From: an uncultured Gammaproteobacteria bacterium
Lineage (GTDB): Bacteria > Patescibacteriota > Microgenomatia > Daviesbacterales > UBA10151
Assembly (NCBI GenBank): GCA_964360965.1
Contig: CAYHYM010000002.1
Span: 1,311-65,310, forward strand
Direction of reading: 5' to 3'
Length of the DNA: 64,000 nt
Position numbers and translations under genes: made by a program. The notes under the pieces were generated by a model that was not told the origin of the DNA, made no database searches, and saw only the letters and a program-made list of their open reading frames with translations. This document shows, piece by piece, positions 29,095-38,842 of this stretch (positions are counted from its first letter, which is position 1; each line of letters begins with the position of its first letter).

Positions 29095-30879
29095 ATCTGT
29101 GGCAGTCTGATAAGTATCCTGTATCAGTTTACTTTTCTCTTCAGAAAAGAACCAGCGAAAAACTTCTTTAACAATAGGTGAGGCAACAGATGACCCTTCT
29201 CCTCCACCTTCTATCAGAACTGTCATGGCTATTTTGGGGTCATCTGAGGGAGCAAAAGATGTATACCAGGCATGAGTTCTGCCTTTGGGGTCACCATATT
29301 CTGAAGTACCAGTTTTGCCAGCCGTTTTAATGGGAAAGGTAAAAAAAGGCCAGGCAGTACCACCTGCTGATGCCACCTGCTCCAATCCCTCTTTGATTAC
29401 TTTGATATGCTCCGAAGAGGCAATATTTTCTGCCAAAATCTCGCTCTTAAACGCTTTTTGTATATTTCCATTTTCATCTGTGATCTTAAGCAGAAGCTGC
29501 GGCCTAAAAAGCTTGCCGTCTGCAGCGATAAATGAAGTGATCCCCAAAATTTGCAAAGGGGTGGTCAATATAAAACCCTGGCCAATTGATAAATGCAGCG
29601 TATCTCCGGGAAACCAGACTTCCCCTTTTTCTTTTTTCTTCCAAGTCTCATCCGGCACTAGTCCCATATCCTCCTGGGGCAAATCTATCTTAAGTTTCCC
29701 TCCCAAGTGCAGTTTTCTGGCCCATTCGGAAAGCATTTTTTCACCTATAGTTTGTCCCACTCTGTAAAAATAGGTATCGTTTGATCTTTTGAGGGCTTTT
29801 TTAATATCAACCGAACCCTCAAGTCTTCCATATTGGGTAAAATACCAGTTGGTAAAGCGAAAAGACCCCAAAAAAATTTCTCCCGTATCCTCAATTTGAG
29901 TCTGGGGAGTAATTTTGCCTGAGGACAGCGCTGCCAGGGCAGATACAATTTTAAAAGTTGAGCCCGGCGGATACTGACCTGCTATGGCCCTGTTTAAAAG
30001 CGGAGCATCTTTTCCTTGTAAAATTTGTTCAATTTCCCTTTCATCAGCCTGGCTGGTCAATACATTACCATCAAATGAAGGTAAAGAGGTAAGGGCTAAC
30101 ACCTGTCCGGATTTAGGGTCCATGGCCATGGCCGCGCCGCAGCAGCTGCCGCTCTTTTTAATGGCAGCAGAAAGTTCATCAAAAAGAATCTTCTGGATGT
30201 CAGCATCCAAAGTTAAAGTAATACTTTTGCCGGGGATTGGGGCAACCGCTCTTAGGGTTCTTATGATCCTGCCCAAATTGTCAACCTCAATCACTTCCCC
30301 ACCATCCACTCCCCGCAATATATTCTCATAGTAAGCCTCCTCTCCCAGCTGACCCACCCGATCGCCAATTTTATATCCGGAAAACTTAACATCTTTAAGC
30401 TGATTCTCTGATATTTCTCCCACATAACCTACGCTGTGAGCTGCCATCTCACCCAATGGATAATGCCTTTTTGAATCAATTTCCAAATTGGAAAAGTTGG
30501 GATCTTCACTCACTTCCATTTTCAAAGCCTGTTCCCGGGATAACAGGACGGCTTTTTTACTCTTGGGATCAACCAGCCTAAAAGCGGGGGAATTGGCTGC
30601 CAGCACCCTACCATTACGGTCAAAAATAACCCCCCGGGGAGCATGGATCACTTTTATGGCAATCCTGTTTCCTTCAGCCAATTGTCTGTTTTTTTCTCCC
30701 TGGGTAATTTGCAAATGGAAAAGGCGTAAAAAAAGAACAAAAAATAAACCTGCTGCAAATGTTAAAAACCAAGTCCTTTGCCAAAGGGTGGTATTTTTTT
30801 GTAATACTCCGGGCGTTTTAAAACCAGGCAAAAGCGCATCTTCCCATTCTTCAAATATTTTTTTTCCGGATTGGTCCAT
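29071..30879 (-). CDS. mrdA: penicillin-binding protein 2 (class B transpeptidase)
   Basis: STFK (SxxK), SIGQG (SxN-like) and KTGTSE (KTG) motifs. Lies downstream of mreCD. Confidence 0.85.
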   Translation of the reverse strand: MDQSGKKIFEEWEDALLPGFKTPGVLQKNTTLWQRTWFLTFAAGLFFVLFLRLFHLQITQGEKNRQLAEGNRIAIKVIHAPRGVIFDRNGRVLAANSPAFRLVDPKSKKAVLLSREQALKMEVSEDPNFSNLEIDSKRHYPLGEMAAHSVGYVGEISENQLKDVKFSGYKIGDRVGQLGEEAYYENILRGVDGGEVIEVDNLGRIIRTLRAVAPIPGKSITLTLDADIQKILFDELSAAIKKSGSCCGAAMAMDPKSGQVLALTSLPSFDGNVLTSQADEREIEQILQGKDAPLLNRAIAGQYPPGSTFKIVSALAALSSGKITPQTQIEDTGEIFLGSFRFTNWYFTQYGRLEGSVDIKKALKRSNDTYFYRVGQTIGEKMLSEWARKLHLGGKLKIDLPQEDMGLVPDETWKKKEKGEVWFPGDTLHLSIGQGFILTTPLQILGITSFIAADGKLFRPQLLLKITDENGNIQKAFKSEILAENIASSEHIKVIKEGLEQVASAGGTAWPFFTFPIKTAGKTGTSEYGDPKGRTHAWYTSFAPSDDPKIAMTVLIEGGGEGSSVASPIVKEVFRWFFSEEKSKLIQDTYQTATDSARTLGE

Positions 30880-30880
30880 G

Positions 30881-31300
30881 TTAGAATCTTTCTTCCCAAA
30901 ATTTGACTATGGCAAAAATAGGTATGGATAAAAAACCCTCTATTAATAATATAATGGGAAAAATATTGATGGTCTCACCCAAAAGCATTGAGGCCAGTAT
31001 TCTATCTACAGATACCCCTATCACTCCCAGGACCACCACAGTTAAAAAATGCGCTGATAAATGAGATCTGGACACCACTTGAGTCAGCTGCACCAGTACC
31101 AGATAGATGATACTTTGCACTCCCAGTTGGGTAAAATTTAAATGAGACATTAAAAGACCCATCGAAAATGCCAAATAGAGGTTTGATCTATCCACTCTCA
31201 CAAATGATCTTAAAATAAGGACCAGCAGCACTAAATTTACCCCTAAAATGGTATTTTGAAGCAAGGACAAAGCCACAAGAAACACAATTAAAGTTTTCAT
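30881..31300 (-). CDS. mreD: rod shape-determining protein MreD (polytopic membrane)
   Basis: Hydrophobic 139-aa protein between mreC and PBP2. Confidence 0.6.
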   Translation of the reverse strand: MKTLIVFLVALSLLQNTILGVNLVLLVLILRSFVRVDRSNLYLAFSMGLLMSHLNFTQLGVQSIIYLVLVQLTQVVSRSHLSAHFLTVVVLGVIGVSVDRILASMLLGETINIFPIILLIEGFLSIPIFAIVKFWEERF

Positions 31301-32085
31301 TCTATAATGATAAAAACAAGCTCTAAATCTCTGATATCAAAAATGGGGGCAAGGATGGCTTTTTTAAAAACTTCATTTTCCTTTTCCTCAACCCTGGTCA
31401 CTTTACCCAACACCAATCCCCTTGGTAAAAAATTCTCCAGCCCTTCCGTATAAACCAGGTCTCCCGCTTGTATTTTTTCTTCATGCAAAATTTTATCAAA
31501 CAGCATTTCCTGGCCAAATTGGCCTGTCACAACTCCTTTGGCTTTCCCCGAAAGCCCCTGGGAAAAAGCGGAAATTTTGGAATCCGGATCTGTCAGTAAT
31601 TTGACATTGGCCCCTTTTTCGGATGTCTCAGTTACCTGACCGATCAAATTATCTTTAAAAACAACAGCTTGATTTTTCTTCACCTTATCATTTGAACCTC
31701 TGTCTATTTTTAAATGCCTACTTAGTCCAATCGGTCTGGCAACAAGCAAATTAAAAATCTGTGGATTTAAAGACTGTTGTTGGGAAAGTTGCGCTTCTAC
31801 CTCTGCCAGTTTATTGCGAAGCTTAGCATTTTCTGATAACAGCTCCCCCAGCTGCTCTTTTAAGGCTTTGTTTTCCTGAGCAGACAAACGGGCGGCAAAA
31901 ATAAAATAAAACTGGCGCTCAAACCCCTGTTTGGTTTTATATAGACCAAAAGTTATGGGATTGGTTAAATAATAGAGAGCAATTTTAGGCCATTTGAGGA
32001 AATTGATGCTGTCTAAACCAAAGATCATCAGTGATATCAGTATCAGGATGAGGAATAATTGCAGGTTGGGAATAACTTTATCCAT
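31297..32085 (-). CDS. mreC: rod shape-determining protein MreC
   Basis: N-terminal TM, coiled coil (LKEQLGELLSENAKLRNKLAEVEAQL), then beta-rich domain. Confidence 0.75.
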   Translation of the reverse strand: MDKVIPNLQLFLILILISLMIFGLDSINFLKWPKIALYYLTNPITFGLYKTKQGFERQFYFIFAARLSAQENKALKEQLGELLSENAKLRNKLAEVEAQLSQQQSLNPQIFNLLVARPIGLSRHLKIDRGSNDKVKKNQAVVFKDNLIGQVTETSEKGANVKLLTDPDSKISAFSQGLSGKAKGVVTGQFGQEMLFDKILHEEKIQAGDLVYTEGLENFLPRGLVLGKVTRVEEKENEVFKKAILAPIFDIRDLELVFIIIE

Positions 32086-32647
32086 CTGGGAAAATATACC
32101 ACATTTTAAAGGTGAGGATAAAGAGAGGGAGTTTTGGGCTACTCATGATTCCACAGAATATGTTGATTGGTCTAAGCGGGGAAAAGATGATACTTTCGGA
32201 GAGCGAAAACTAACTGAGCCCCAGGATCCCACCTGTTGTCAGGTTTAGCCCAAAAGGCGCCCAACCAAAGCCCATTAGCATTGCGTTCCAGTTTGAACAC
32301 GTTCGGATTACCGTTACGGTCAGTAATGTATGATATGCCAACTACCTCTCACTGCTTACATAATTTATTTTAAAAGATGTATAGCTGTATTTTATTCGCG
32401 GATTAATCCGACAAGCACATCACACCAAGTAATTCTTTTTTAAGACAATATAAATCACTCCGAGGAAAATCGTAACCTCCCTCGTTCCCGATCTATAACT
32501 ATCAGAAGGATCTTGAAAAGCCTTAGCCTATCTTTTGTCAAGATTCAGAAGGGAATTGAAGGGTAAGTGAAGATTTTAATGATTGATCTTCTTTGAGATT
32601 ATTTGTCTTAGTTGACTGGGAACTATCCTTTAAAATAAACTTAAGGC

Positions 32648-32836
32648 ATGCTTACTAAGAAAGATAAAGAAGATATTAAGGATATTGTGGTTGATGTCTT
32701 AGAAGATGTGGTTATGCCATCATTTGATCTTGTGGCAACAAAAACAGATTTGAAAAAAGTTGAAACCAGATTGGAAACTGTTGAAACCAGCGAAGAACGC
32801 ATTAAAAATCTAGAATCACAAAGAGCGCTCACCTAA
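32648..32836 (+). CDS. small coiled-coil hypothetical protein (XhlA-like pattern)
   Basis: 62-aa ORF with realistic composition (DLKKVETRLETVETSEERIKNLES). Weak call. Confidence 0.3.
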   Translation: MLTKKDKEDIKDIVVDVLEDVVMPSFDLVATKTDLKKVETRLETVETSEERIKNLESQRALT

Positions 32837-33044
32837 GGGAAAATATACCAGAAAACTACCATAACTATTCAGTATTTCCCGGAAACTGTCATCCCTGCGA
32901 AGGCAGGGATCCAATTAACTATTTCTGCTAATTAGATTCCCGCATATGCGGGAGTGACACTGGGAAGAACTGAACTCATACAAACTACCCTATTGACAAA
33001 GGTGTAAGTAAAGTATTATTTTAAGAAACAACTGCTCCAAGATA

Positions 33045-33932
33045 ATGGCTGAGAGAATATACAACGAACTCTTTGATCAACAGCACGCTCTTCGAAAACA
33101 TACCTGTGTTGGCTTAGATACTAATGACGAAGTTGTTCAACAAATGGTGGAGGGTGGCCTTGAACTAGAAGGAGATACTCCAGGTGAGCTAGTAGTTGCT
33201 TATAACACCATGGTGCTCGAGGAAACTGCCGATATAGCTGGAATATATAAACCTAATTTACAATTTTACTTAGGGTTAGGATATGAGGCGATAACTACCT
33301 TAAAACAAACCTTCCAAAAAGCTCACTCTATTGCTCCCGAAGTTCCCATAGTTTTAGATGCTAAATTTCAGGATATTGATTCTACTAATAACGGTTCAAT
33401 GAAACTTCTAAAATTCCTAGAAGCAGATGGGGCAACTTTGCATGTTTATTTAGGTAGCCAGGCTAGCAGCCCATTTCTAGATGTAAAAAATATGGGATTC
33501 TTTGCTTTAGATAGAACTTCTAATCCAGGAGCTGGTGAGTTTCAAGATTTATGGGTAGCTACTAATCAGGGAGAGCCAGCAACAAAAAAACTATATGAAG
33601 TGGCGGCTGAGATTATTCATGAGAAATGGAACCGTAATGGCAACTGCGGTTTGGTAGCTGGAGCCACTTATCCAGATGAAGCTGGAATAATTAGAAATAT
33701 TGTTGGATCAGATCTGATGGTGCTATTCCCGGGTGTAGGCACTCAAGGTGGTACAGCACCTGAAATAGTTCTCCAGGCACTTAGAAGAGGTCAAAAGGGA
33801 GTTGTCAATGCTTCCCGATCTACCATATTTGCTGCAAGGTTGGAAGGGGAAACCCAAAGACAGGCCATTAGAAGAGCTGCTTTTAAACTTCACGATGAAA
33901 TATTTGATACTCAAGAGCAATTAGCAGCATAA
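33045..33932 (+). CDS. pyrF: orotidine 5'-phosphate decarboxylase (long type-2 form)
   Basis: VGLDT, the IVLDAKFQDIDST D-x-K-x-x-D-I-x-x-T motif, and C-terminal VLFPGVGTQGG. Confidence 0.8.
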   Translation: MAERIYNELFDQQHALRKHTCVGLDTNDEVVQQMVEGGLELEGDTPGELVVAYNTMVLEETADIAGIYKPNLQFYLGLGYEAITTLKQTFQKAHSIAPEVPIVLDAKFQDIDSTNNGSMKLLKFLEADGATLHVYLGSQASSPFLDVKNMGFFALDRTSNPGAGEFQDLWVATNQGEPATKKLYEVAAEIIHEKWNRNGNCGLVAGATYPDEAGIIRNIVGSDLMVLFPGVGTQGGTAPEIVLQALRRGQKGVVNASRSTIFAARLEGETQRQAIRRAAFKLHDEIFDTQEQLAA

Positions 33933-33933
33933 G

Positions 33934-34587
33934 ATGGCAGCTGAAGCAGAAAGAACAAGTCAAATCCTTTTGGACATTGGGGCTGTGACCCTTAATTTAG
34001 AAAATCCTTACACTTATGTATCTGCAATCAGAAGCCCTGTTTATACTGATTGCCGTCTCTTAATGGGTTATCCTCAGGAAAGAAGAACCATTGCTCACTT
34101 ACTTGCTGAAAAGATAGCTCAAACAGGAAATTTTGATGTTATTGCTGGCACAGCCACAGCTGGTATACCCCATGCTGCTTGGGTATCAGAAAGATTAGGC
34201 AAACCCATGGTTTATGTTAGAAGTGAAGCTAAAGGTCATGGCAAACAAAACCAGATTGAGGGTCCAACCATATCTGATGGTCAAAAAGTAGCTGTGGTAG
34301 AAGATTTAATATCTACAGGTAGTAGCTCTATCGCAACCGTTGAAGCTCTCAGAGAAGCCGGAGCAACAGTTGATTTTATCTTTGCCATTATGACTTATGG
34401 GATGGCTAAAGCTGATGAAAATTTTGCCAAGACTAGGGTTAGACCAATTGTTTTAGCCACCTTTGAAGATCTAGTCACAAAAGCAGCAGCCATAGGACAA
34501 ATTAATGATAGCCAAAGAGAGGTTATTTTAGACTGGACTAAAGATACTGCTGGTTGGTGGAATAGAGTTCAAGGTCAAACTACCTAA
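33934..34587 (+). CDS. pyrE: orotate phosphoribosyltransferase
   Basis: PRPP-binding motif VAVVEDLISTGSS. OPRTase-like N-terminus. Confidence 0.85.
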   Translation: MAAEAERTSQILLDIGAVTLNLENPYTYVSAIRSPVYTDCRLLMGYPQERRTIAHLLAEKIAQTGNFDVIAGTATAGIPHAAWVSERLGKPMVYVRSEAKGHGKQNQIEGPTISDGQKVAVVEDLISTGSSSIATVEALREAGATVDFIFAIMTYGMAKADENFAKTRVRPIVLATFEDLVTKAAAIGQINDSQREVILDWTKDTAGWWNRVQGQTT

Positions 34588-35387
34588 AGTAGGTCTGTTA
34601 AAGGGGTGGCCATATTCCATAAAGTTTCAAAAATTGTTTTTTGCATATTAGCAAAATTTTCACCTTCTATTTCAAACCCATTAATCTCTCGATCATGCAA
34701 ATATAGTTCAGCAAAGATATTGTCATAGATAAAAGTTTCTCCTTTAATCCAAACATGCTGTTGGTCTATCCCTCTGATAGAAGTGGGGAGTGTTCTGCCA
34801 ATTGATGTACCAGCATATTTTCTGACTGACTCTAAAAGATGTTCTCTGGGGTTAACTAACACTCTCTCTTTAATCTGTCTTTGTTTTGATTCACTAACAA
34901 AGCTTTTATAAAAGTTAATCCCCACATAACTACCCCTACCCCAAGCACTATAAACTAAAACTGTCTCCTTGGTACTTAAAGTATTCCATAGAAGCTGTCT
35001 TGCTCCTGAAACCCCTTTATAGTAACGGACAGTGGCTGGTTGAGGCCTTTTATTTCCGGGTAAGGATTCAATCACACTTTCCAAATGATCTAGTTTATCC
35101 ATCTGGGTTTGCAGCTCAATCAATTTTTCCCTTAAAGTGTGCTTCATAGAACTTAGGGGGTAAGGATTAATCCTGACAAAGTTGTCTTCTACAATTCTTT
35201 CCACCAATCCCAGTTGTAGGAGAATTTTTAAACTATCTGCCACAGTGGTTCTGGGGATACTTGCTAAGTTAGCAATTTCTTGAATTCTTAAAGAGCCGTG
35301 TTGGATTAAAGTTAGATATATTAAAACTTGATTTTCAGATAAGCCAAATCTTTTTAGCTCGTTTTTGACCTCTTTTAAATTTGCCAT
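34584..35387 (-). CDS. TrmB-family (archaeal-type sugar-regulator-like) transcriptional regulator
   Basis: N-terminal wHTH LSENQVLIYLTLIQHGSLRIQEIANLASIPRTTVADSLKILLQLGLVE plus a C-terminal ligand-domain-like region. Divergent from the DHODH-like gene. Confidence 0.6.
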   Translation of the reverse strand: MANLKEVKNELKRFGLSENQVLIYLTLIQHGSLRIQEIANLASIPRTTVADSLKILLQLGLVERIVEDNFVRINPYPLSSMKHTLREKLIELQTQMDKLDHLESVIESLPGNKRPQPATVRYYKGVSGARQLLWNTLSTKETVLVYSAWGRGSYVGINFYKSFVSESKQRQIKERVLVNPREHLLESVRKYAGTSIGRTLPTSIRGIDQQHVWIKGETFIYDNIFAELYLHDREINGFEIEGENFANMQKTIFETLWNMATPLTDLL

Positions 35388-35488
35388 TTTTGTTTAATAA
35401 TAATGGCAGGTTACAAAGTTAGAAAAATGACGACAAATTCCGTCATCAGATTTACTAACTTGGTGGATATTAACATAATTAGATTAAC

Positions 35489-36652
35489 ATGACTAGAGAA
35501 GTTATAGGGCTACCATCAGCAGAATCTTTAAGACACCCCAACCAACCACCACTTTTATATCAAATGGATAGATCATGGATAGCTAATGTTTATGCAGGAC
35601 CACAATGGTTAGGTGATTACCCTCCTTTACCAAAAAATAAAGATTATAGCTTTTTGGGTAAAAGAATAATCTCTCCGATAGAGTGTGCTGCAGGTCCAGC
35701 AGGAGGCAGAAAGTGGACCGCCTTTGCTCTTAGAATGGGGTTTGGCATAGTTAACCAAAAAACAATGAGAACAATTGCTTGGGAAGCCAATCAGCTTCCT
35801 AATATCACTTTGGTAGAAGAAACAGATTTGGTTGATGAGCAGAATATGCCAGATCATTTACTAGGAAGTTTTGATTTAAAAGATGCGGGTAGATATCTTA
35901 ATATGGGTAACTCTTTTGGTAATCCATCATTTCCCGTAATAGACTGGACTAATGATTTTAGACAACAATTAAAGGATGTCGGAGATGGTCAAATACTAGC
36001 CATGAGTGTCACCCCATCTATTAGAGATAATCCACTCTGCAAAGAGTTGTTTGGTAGGGACTCGGAAGTTGATTTAGCTATTGAAGCTGCTAATGATCTA
36101 GTTCATGGTGCAGTGGCTGCAGCTGTAGCAGGAGCAACTATGGAAGAGATGAATGTTTCTTGCAATAACGTAGTACAACATCCTCAAGAAGGACAGATGT
36201 ATATGAACGCCCCCCTAGTCGGTTACGCAGTCAGATCATTTAAAGAGATATCTCCTGGAGTAGATATAGGTATCAAATGCGGGCCATTTAGAAGCGCTGA
36301 CCAGACGACCAGAACTATTGATGCTTGTCAGGGAGAATTAAATTTTATCTCTCTAATTAATACCTTTCCAGCTAGAGTAGTAAATCCTGAAGGTGTTGCT
36401 GTTATGCCAGGGAGAGAACAGATTGGTTTTTCCGGTCCAGCTATTCAAGATGTGGCATTAAGAAACGTCGAATGGGCTGCTAAAGCTAGGGATAGTTTAG
36501 GTATATCTCTTGGTATTAAGGGTGGTGGAGGTGTTAATACTCCGGAAGATGTGGATAGATTTATAAACGCTGGAGCTGATGTAGTTTTTGTTGCAAATCG
36601 CTTTTTACGAGATCCCCTTTTCGCTTATGAATATTACCTCTACAAACACTGA
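35489..36652 (+). CDS. dihydroorotate dehydrogenase family 1-like protein (Cys active site)
   Basis: NVSCNNV matches the class-1 DHODH NxSCPN active-site motif. C-terminal IKGGGGVNTPEDVDRFINAGADVVFVANRFL matches the FMN-binding GxGGI...AGA tail. Confidence 0.6.
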   Translation: MTREVIGLPSAESLRHPNQPPLLYQMDRSWIANVYAGPQWLGDYPPLPKNKDYSFLGKRIISPIECAAGPAGGRKWTAFALRMGFGIVNQKTMRTIAWEANQLPNITLVEETDLVDEQNMPDHLLGSFDLKDAGRYLNMGNSFGNPSFPVIDWTNDFRQQLKDVGDGQILAMSVTPSIRDNPLCKELFGRDSEVDLAIEAANDLVHGAVAAAVAGATMEEMNVSCNNVVQHPQEGQMYMNAPLVGYAVRSFKEISPGVDIGIKCGPFRSADQTTRTIDACQGELNFISLINTFPARVVNPEGVAVMPGREQIGFSGPAIQDVALRNVEWAAKARDSLGISLGIKGGGGVNTPEDVDRFINAGADVVFVANRFLRDPLFAYEYYLYKH

Positions 36653-36687
36653 CCTTCTTTGAATATTTTTGTCTCAATTGAAAACAG

Positions 36688-36984
36688 TTATCTAGGTATA
36701 AAATGTAGCTCTACTTTCATTCCTATAGCATTGGCTAATCTTTTAATTAAAGATAGAGATGGGCTGGCATTAGCATTCTCTAACCTAGAAATAACAGCCT
36801 GTCCTGTTCCCATTCTTCTAGCTAACTCCTCTTGACTAATTTTTTTCTTAACTCTGGCATCAATCATAGCTTGGATGATAGTAAATTCTGGCTGCAAATC
36901 TTCATAAGCCTTTTTAGCTCCTTTAGTAGATAAGAGTAGTTTTTTGAGTTCCTCAACCGTATAATATTTAGGTGTTTTTTTCAT
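36688..36984 (-). CDS. HTH XRE-family antitoxin (HigA-like)
   Basis: HTH_XRE core ISQEELARRMGTGQAVISRLEN. Overlaps the upstream toxin gene by 4 nt. Confidence 0.7.
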   Translation of the reverse strand: MKKTPKYYTVEELKKLLLSTKGAKKAYEDLQPEFTIIQAMIDARVKKKISQEELARRMGTGQAVISRLENANASPSLSLIKRLANAIGMKVELHFIPR

Positions 36985-37283
36985 AATTGATACTCCTTAA
37001 GACGCTTCCTAGCTGTTTCTATTTCCTTTTTAGGGATCTTCTGACTCTTCTTTTTAAAACCATTTACTACAACCATTGTTGTACCTACTTTACCTATGAG
37101 CAATCTAATATCACCTGGCCTTAACTCCCATAAATTATTTTCTATCTTTTTTAAATATTGTCCTGGTAAATTAAATCCATTTTTCTCAAACAACTCAATA
37201 TACCCTTGGGCCCGACCTTGATCTGCTTCAACACAAGAATCTAGAAACTTTTTGACTCGTCCATCAGTGATTACTGTCAACAT
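36981..37283 (-). CDS. RelE/ParE-superfamily toxin (HigB/Gp49-like)
   Basis: LWELRPGDIRLLIGKVGTTMVVVNGFKKKSQKIP matches Gp49/HigB-like toxins. Toxin lies upstream of the antitoxin. Confidence 0.65.
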   Translation of the reverse strand: MLTVITDGRVKKFLDSCVEADQGRAQGYIELFEKNGFNLPGQYLKKIENNLWELRPGDIRLLIGKVGTTMVVVNGFKKKSQKIPKKEIETARKRLKEYQL

Positions 37284-37339
37284 AATTTTATGATAAATTT
37301 GTCATAATGTCAATCCTTCGACTATGCTCAGGACAAGTT

Positions 37340-37591
37340 TTATCTTAATCCTCTGGTCACTATATCTACTAACTCAGCGATACCCTCAATTACATAATCA
37401 GGCTTAGCTAGAGCTATATCTTCTCCTCCAAAACCATAAGTTACTCCTACCGTTTTTACTCCAGCTGCTCTTTCTAAAACTGCAAAGCCATTGGCAGAAA
37501 GTGCATATTCATATGCCTGAAAAATAAACTCTCTAGTATCGAGCAAAGTTCCATCAACATCCAGTAGAACTGCTACTTCTCCTTCTATCAT
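37340..37591 (-). pseudogene. HAD-superfamily phosphatase remnant (motif I and C-terminal motifs retained, core missing)
   Basis: LLDVDGTLLD is HAD motif I. GVTYGFGGED...KPDYVIEGIAEL is the HAD C-terminus. Only about 85 aa remain. Confidence 0.5.
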
Positions 37592-37720
37592 CTTAACCCT
37601 CCTGTTACCCCTTCGACCCATTCGATTAACACTCAGGTCTTCGACTCCGAGGTCGCTCAGACTCGAGGAGGTCGTACTGAGTGGAATCGAAGTACGGCTT
37701 CGCTCAGGGTCGTGGTCGGT

Positions 37721-38776
37721 TTAACGCAAACCTCCCGTGACTTTAACTTTAGACAGTAAATCCAGATTATTTAACACTTCCCCACAGCCCCTAACCACAG
37801 TAGTTAGCGGATCATCTACCACGACAACCGACAGCTTAACCTCCTGAGTAATTTTTTTATCCAAACCAGCAAGTAATGCCCCTCCACCGGCCAAATATAT
37901 ACCATGGTCTAAAATATCAGACATTAGTTCCGGAGGTGTTTCTTCCAAAATCTCCTGAATCCCGGAAACTATTTGATTGACTGTGGGAGCAATAGCTTCC
38001 CTGACCTCATCAGAGGTAATTTTTAAACTTTTTGGCAGTCCTGTTGATAAATCTCTTCCTCTTACCACAGCCTCTTTATTCCCCATGTCATAGGCTGAAC
38101 CTATGTCAATTTTTATCTCTTCAGCTGACCTTTGTCCTATCAAAAGAGAGTAGCGCGTTCTTAAATAATTGATGATATCCTCATCCATCTCATCACCACC
38201 AATCCTCAAAGATTTATTTATCACCATTCCTCCCAAAGATATCACCGCAATCTCTGTGGTTCCCCCCCCAATATCTGTAATCATCACCCCTTGCGGCTCC
38301 TCTATACTCAGTTTGGAGCCAATGGCAGCTGCCATTGGCTCCTCTATTAAAAAAGCCTGCCTGGCTCCAGCTGACAAACAAGCATCCTGTACTGCCCTTC
38401 TTTCCACCTCTGTCACCCCGGATGGAATGCCCACCACTACCCTTGGTTTGGGAATTTTTGGCAGCCCCCATTTGGTGGTGGGGGGGTTTTTATGAACCTT
38501 TTGGATAAAATAGCGCAGCATGGCCTCAGTGGTATCAAAATCGGAAATAACCCCGTCCCGCAAAGGTCTGACTGCTTCAATGGCAGCAGGGGTTCTGCCC
38601 AGCATTCTTTTGGCCTCAGAGCCAACAGCCAAAATTTGTCTGGTTTTTCTATGCAGCGCCACCACACTTGGCTCCCGGATGAGGATTCCTTTGCCTTTAA
38701 CATAAACTAAGGTATTAACAGTGCCTAAATCAATACCTATATCATGGGAGAAAATTTGCCAGATGCGATCTAACAT
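37721..38776 (-). CDS. mreB: rod shape-determining protein MreB
   Basis: Actin-like ATPase start IGIDLGTVNTLVYVKGKGIL. DIGGGTTEIAV phosphate-2 motif. Confidence 0.9.
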   Translation of the reverse strand: MLDRIWQIFSHDIGIDLGTVNTLVYVKGKGILIREPSVVALHRKTRQILAVGSEAKRMLGRTPAAIEAVRPLRDGVISDFDTTEAMLRYFIQKVHKNPPTTKWGLPKIPKPRVVVGIPSGVTEVERRAVQDACLSAGARQAFLIEEPMAAAIGSKLSIEEPQGVMITDIGGGTTEIAVISLGGMVINKSLRIGGDEMDEDIINYLRTRYSLLIGQRSAEEIKIDIGSAYDMGNKEAVVRGRDLSTGLPKSLKITSDEVREAIAPTVNQIVSGIQEILEETPPELMSDILDHGIYLAGGGALLAGLDKKITQEVKLSVVVVDDPLTTVVRGCGEVLNNLDLLSKVKVTGGLR

Positions 38777-38842
38777 GATGGGAGTTTAACACATAAAGCT
38801 TTCCTCAAACAAGGTTTTCTGGTAAGCTAGTGGCAAGAATCT

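Noticed and set aside
32641-32832. 63-aa minus-strand ORF opposite the small coiled-coil gene
   Set aside because: Ser/Thr-rich low-complexity translation. The plus-strand frame has protein-like composition.
38169-38710. Several plus- and minus-strand ORFs (72-108 aa) inside mreB
   Set aside because: Alternative frames of a highly conserved gene. Gly/Arg-rich artefactual translations.
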